DNA from: a virus
Length of the DNA: 64,000 nucleotides
Virus record (IMG/VR): IMGVR_UViG_3300045988_184134
Reading direction: 5' to 3' (one strand)
The notes below the pieces were generated by a model. It made no database searches and was not told the DNA's origin. It saw nothing but the letters and a program-made list of their open reading frames with translations. Shown piece by piece: positions 61,559 to 64,000 of the stretch. How positions within the stretch are numbered: the first letter of the stretch is position 1; each line of letters opens with the position of its first letter. The position numbers and the translations under genes are program-made.

Positions 61559-63283
61559 TCAGAGGAGATTCTTCTTGACGATGTTGCAAAGTACACGAGG
61601 CATCGTTTCAAGATTGCTGATGTCGATGAAATTGTCACCAAATTCATGTTCAACGCTGCCACGGGAAGAACCGATACCTGCACCAATGACGATGATGTTG
61701 TACTTCTTCCTCAGGTCTTTGATAACCTGCTGGATGCTTTCGCGGCCACCGTCAGAGCAACCATCCGTACTAACAATCAGCAGGCGCTTCTCTGCCTGTT
61801 CGCGTCTGAGCTTTTCGCCCATATAGCGCATAGCAGGCATAGTAGGCGTGCCGCCGCGAGATGCCATACCGGTGATGCGGTACTTGTCCTTGCCATCAAT
61901 GTCCTGGTCAACATACTCAAGAATCTGCGTTCCGCCATAGTTGCTTGCTGTAGTGTATCCGCAGATATAACACGGCAACTCCATGCGTTCACAGAGGTCC
62001 TGAATGATGATGCCGGTACGAACCGAAGCCTGAATTGCAGACCCGCTCATAGAACCGGATTCGTCACAAAGGTAGCCAACTGCAAGGCGAGGGTTGTCTC
62101 TGGGGAAATTCTTGCGGCTGAAGATTTTTCCGTCCTGATGATAGGCAAGCCGAGCCTCTACGCGGCTGCCCATAGGCAAACCGGCAACAGCATCGTCATT
62201 CTCTTCATCACGGATTACGGTCTTCAGTCGGCGTTCGAGATTCTTTGTGACACCGAGCAAATCGCTGGACAGCCTTTTGTAGGTTGCCACATTGGAGTCA
62301 CTTACCTTCTCTGCCCGAGTGACTTCGAGTCTCGTACCAACAGTCTTCCTCATTTCCGCAGCTTCTTTTTTGAGCTGTGCATTGAGTTCTTCGTTAGCCT
62401 GCTCAGTAGCTGCCTCAATCTTGCGCTGGTTTTCGATGCTCTTCAAGTCCATCGTTGCAGCGCCCAAATCAGGTTGACCAATAGAAGAACCTTTCTCGTG
62501 AGACACATTGTTATGGTCAGTACGGCCAGTGTCGGATTCACTCGCTGCCTGTTTTCCGTTGCTATAATCCTTAGCTTCCTTAGAACGAGCGCCTTTGTCT
62601 GTAATGCTCTGGGAGTCACGGTCGCCCTCTTTGGTTGCGCCAGCGCGGTTAGCAGCCTTTTGGGCGGCTTTTGCTGCCTTTTGAAGTGCTTTCTGCAGGA
62701 CACTCTGAGGAATGTTCTGGATAGAATCATTCTGGCCCTGCTGACTGCTGTTGTTTCCGTTCTGGCTCTGCTGGTTATTGCTATTGCCATTTTGGCTTTG
62801 GCTCTTATCGCCGGAGGAACCGTTCTGCCCAGAAGGGCCGCTGTTTCCCATACCACCAGAAGGTGAGCCGGAATCTCCACCGCCTGCGCTCTGGTCCATC
62901 TTTGTTTCCTTCTTGATGAAGTCTTTCAAAAGCGGATACAGGGCGCAGCACAGTTCGTTGACGCCTTTGAGTCTTTTTAACGAGTCGCGTTCGTATTTGC
63001 AGTCGTCAATAAGTTCGATGCACTCGTCGAAGATGTCATCGTATTCTGACGGCATATCTTCGGTCATAGTAAAATCGAACTTTGCATACAGCAAAACTTG
63101 CTCCATCATAGCCTCAAACGGAGAGCTCTTCTTCAGCGTTTCGCCAAAGCTCTGGCTCTTGGAAATGAGTGCGTCATTGATAGTAGCCAGTTCGGTAGAA
63201 GCCAGGCCGCCGTACATGGAACGAATCTCACGCTCAATGAAGCCGTCTTCGATGGAATTCTCAATGTTCTTAGCAATGCTCAT
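61559..63283 (-). CDS. von Willebrand factor A (vWA) domain protein with Ser/Gly/Asn/Gln-rich low-complexity centre
   Basis: MIDAS motif LCDESGSMSG (DxSxS) plus downstream IVSTDGCSDGG; about 90-aa low-complexity stretch (GGGDSGSPSGG…QNGNSNNQQSQNGNN). Confidence 0.65.
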   Translation of the reverse strand: MSIAKNIENSIEDGFIEREIRSMYGGLASTELATINDALISKSQSFGETLKKSSPFEAMMEQVLLYAKFDFTMTEDMPSEYDDIFDECIELIDDCKYERDSLKRLKGVNELCCALYPLLKDFIKKETKMDQSAGGGDSGSPSGGMGNSGPSGQNGSSGDKSQSQNGNSNNQQSQNGNNSSQQGQNDSIQNIPQSVLQKALQKAAKAAQKAANRAGATKEGDRDSQSITDKGARSKEAKDYSNGKQAASESDTGRTDHNNVSHEKGSSIGQPDLGAATMDLKSIENQRKIEAATEQANEELNAQLKKEAAEMRKTVGTRLEVTRAEKVSDSNVATYKRLSSDLLGVTKNLERRLKTVIRDEENDDAVAGLPMGSRVEARLAYHQDGKIFSRKNFPRDNPRLAVGYLCDESGSMSGSAIQASVRTGIIIQDLCERMELPCYICGYTTASNYGGTQILEYVDQDIDGKDKYRITGMASRGGTPTMPAMRYMGEKLRREQAEKRLLIVSTDGCSDGGRESIQQVIKDLRKKYNIIVIGAGIGSSRGSVEHEFGDNFIDISNLETMPRVLCNIVKKNLL

Positions 63284-63341
63284 ATAGCATCATCACTTTC
63301 TGCCACAACTTTATAAACCTTATCGTCATCCAATACAAATC

Positions 63342-63740
63342 TTACCATTTCAGTAATTCGTCCCCCATCACAATCTTCCAGTCATCTACTTGACCTTTCC
63401 AGTAGCGGCGAGAAATTTCCAATTGCTCAATAGATGCTTTCTTCTCAAGATTTTCCCGAGTTTCGACCTCGACAATCACAATGCGTTCATCTATCAAATA
63501 AATCATAAAATCTGTTTTCCATCCAATTGTAAGGTAGGCATCTCTGAGTCCTGTGGCATCTATCTTTTCAGCCACTTTTTCAAGCGGAACATCTGTATCG
63601 TAATGCTCTACTCTATCATCGTTTTCAAGTAATCTCGCCACTTCACGAGCAATAACGGAATGCACCATAATAACCCTTCCGTTCTTTTTACTCATAAATG
63701 AAATATCGCGTATGTTTTTTCGATTTTTGTTCATATTCAA
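63342..63740 (-). CDS. hypothetical protein (132 aa), possible PD-(D/E)xK-like fold
   Basis: DFMIYLIDERIVIVEVETRE arrangement; sits next to an AT-rich repeat region. Confidence 0.35.
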   Translation of the reverse strand: MNMNKNRKNIRDISFMSKKNGRVIMVHSVIAREVARLLENDDRVEHYDTDVPLEKVAEKIDATGLRDAYLTIGWKTDFMIYLIDERIVIVEVETRENLEKKASIEQLEISRRYWKGQVDDWKIVMGDELLKW

Positions 63741-64000
63741 ATTCCTTTCTATGATTTATTTCAAAAAATCGCATTACATATTCCATAAAATGGAAATTAT
63801 TGGCGATTTTTTACGATATAATTTTTTAATTTCAAATAATTTCAAACATTTTTTATTAAAATTTTCGTTGCTGTTTGAAATTCATCGCATCATCGTCGAT
63901 TACCGCTCTAAAATTTTAGAATAAATAATTTCGGAATAAAACTATATGTAATCACCTCTCGTGCCGTGTCCAATGGAACCAATATAATGTCCGTATTGGT
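63741..64000. repeat. AT-rich region with direct and inverted AATTTCAAA-type repeats
   Basis: atttcaaaaaatcg, taatttcaaataatttcaaacat and inverted gtttgaaattcat; a sharp GC drop compared with the rest of the window. Confidence 0.4.

Noticed and set aside
1-64000. Looked for integrase/recombinase, capsid, portal, terminase, tail, holin/endolysin and relaxase/T4SS genes to classify the element.
   Set aside because: None could be recognised in this window, so phage versus conjugative element cannot be decided here. The YqaJ exonuclease, the possible Rad52-like protein, MazG, the primase and the uvrX/yolD-like pair favour a phage or prophage early region.

Overview
This 64-kb window reads as the accessory/early arm of a large mobile element, most plausibly a big temperate phage or phage-like element of a Gram-positive, Firmicutes-type host. 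The host inference rests on AGGAG-type RBSs, sigma-A-like TTGACA/TATAAT promoters and lipoboxes. About 80 ORFs are present and almost all are on the minus strand; only four good genes are on plus (24300..24734, 36412..36825, 38036..38431, 38438..38746). Recognisable functions fall into four groups:
- Replication, recombination and repair: DnaG-type primase, UvrD-like SF1 helicase, ParB-like nuclease, YqaJ/lambda-Exo-type exonuclease, a possible Rad52/Sak-like annealing protein, a Y-family polymerase with a YolD-like neighbour, and an Rpn-family nuclease.
- Nucleotide metabolism and phosphatases: HAD phosphatase, MazG-like NTP pyrophosphatase, two tandem metallophosphoesterases, and a Pol-beta-type nucleotidyltransferase.
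- ADP-ribose-processing enzymes that are candidate anti-defence genes: a stand-alone macro domain and a NADAR domain.
- Envelope and secretion proteins: signal peptidase I, a sortase-like protein, a CPYC thioredoxin-like protein, a Big_2 protein, a frameshifted flotillin/SPFH gene, an MBL-fold lipoprotein and many small membrane proteins.
No capsid, tail, terminase, lysis, integrase, tRNA or CRISPR feature was found. The most notable non-coding signal is a recurring sigma-A-like promoter that carries a conserved TGTGCGAAyTG spacer motif. In at least seven places this promoter is followed by a conserved structured leader and an intrinsic terminator sitting immediately upstream of the RBS of the next gene. 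That arrangement fits either a multi-copy nut/put-like or Q-like antitermination cis-element or a family of small RNAs. Other non-coding features are a dense 9-mer (RGCTACGSY) iteron-like array flanking the thioredoxin-like gene, a pair of covarying intergenic structured elements, an 18-bp perfect palindrome, and several paralogous gene cassettes. Three loci look frameshifted, which suggests either a decaying prophage or indel errors in the assembly. Every functional call comes from motif-level reading of the translations and is provisional.
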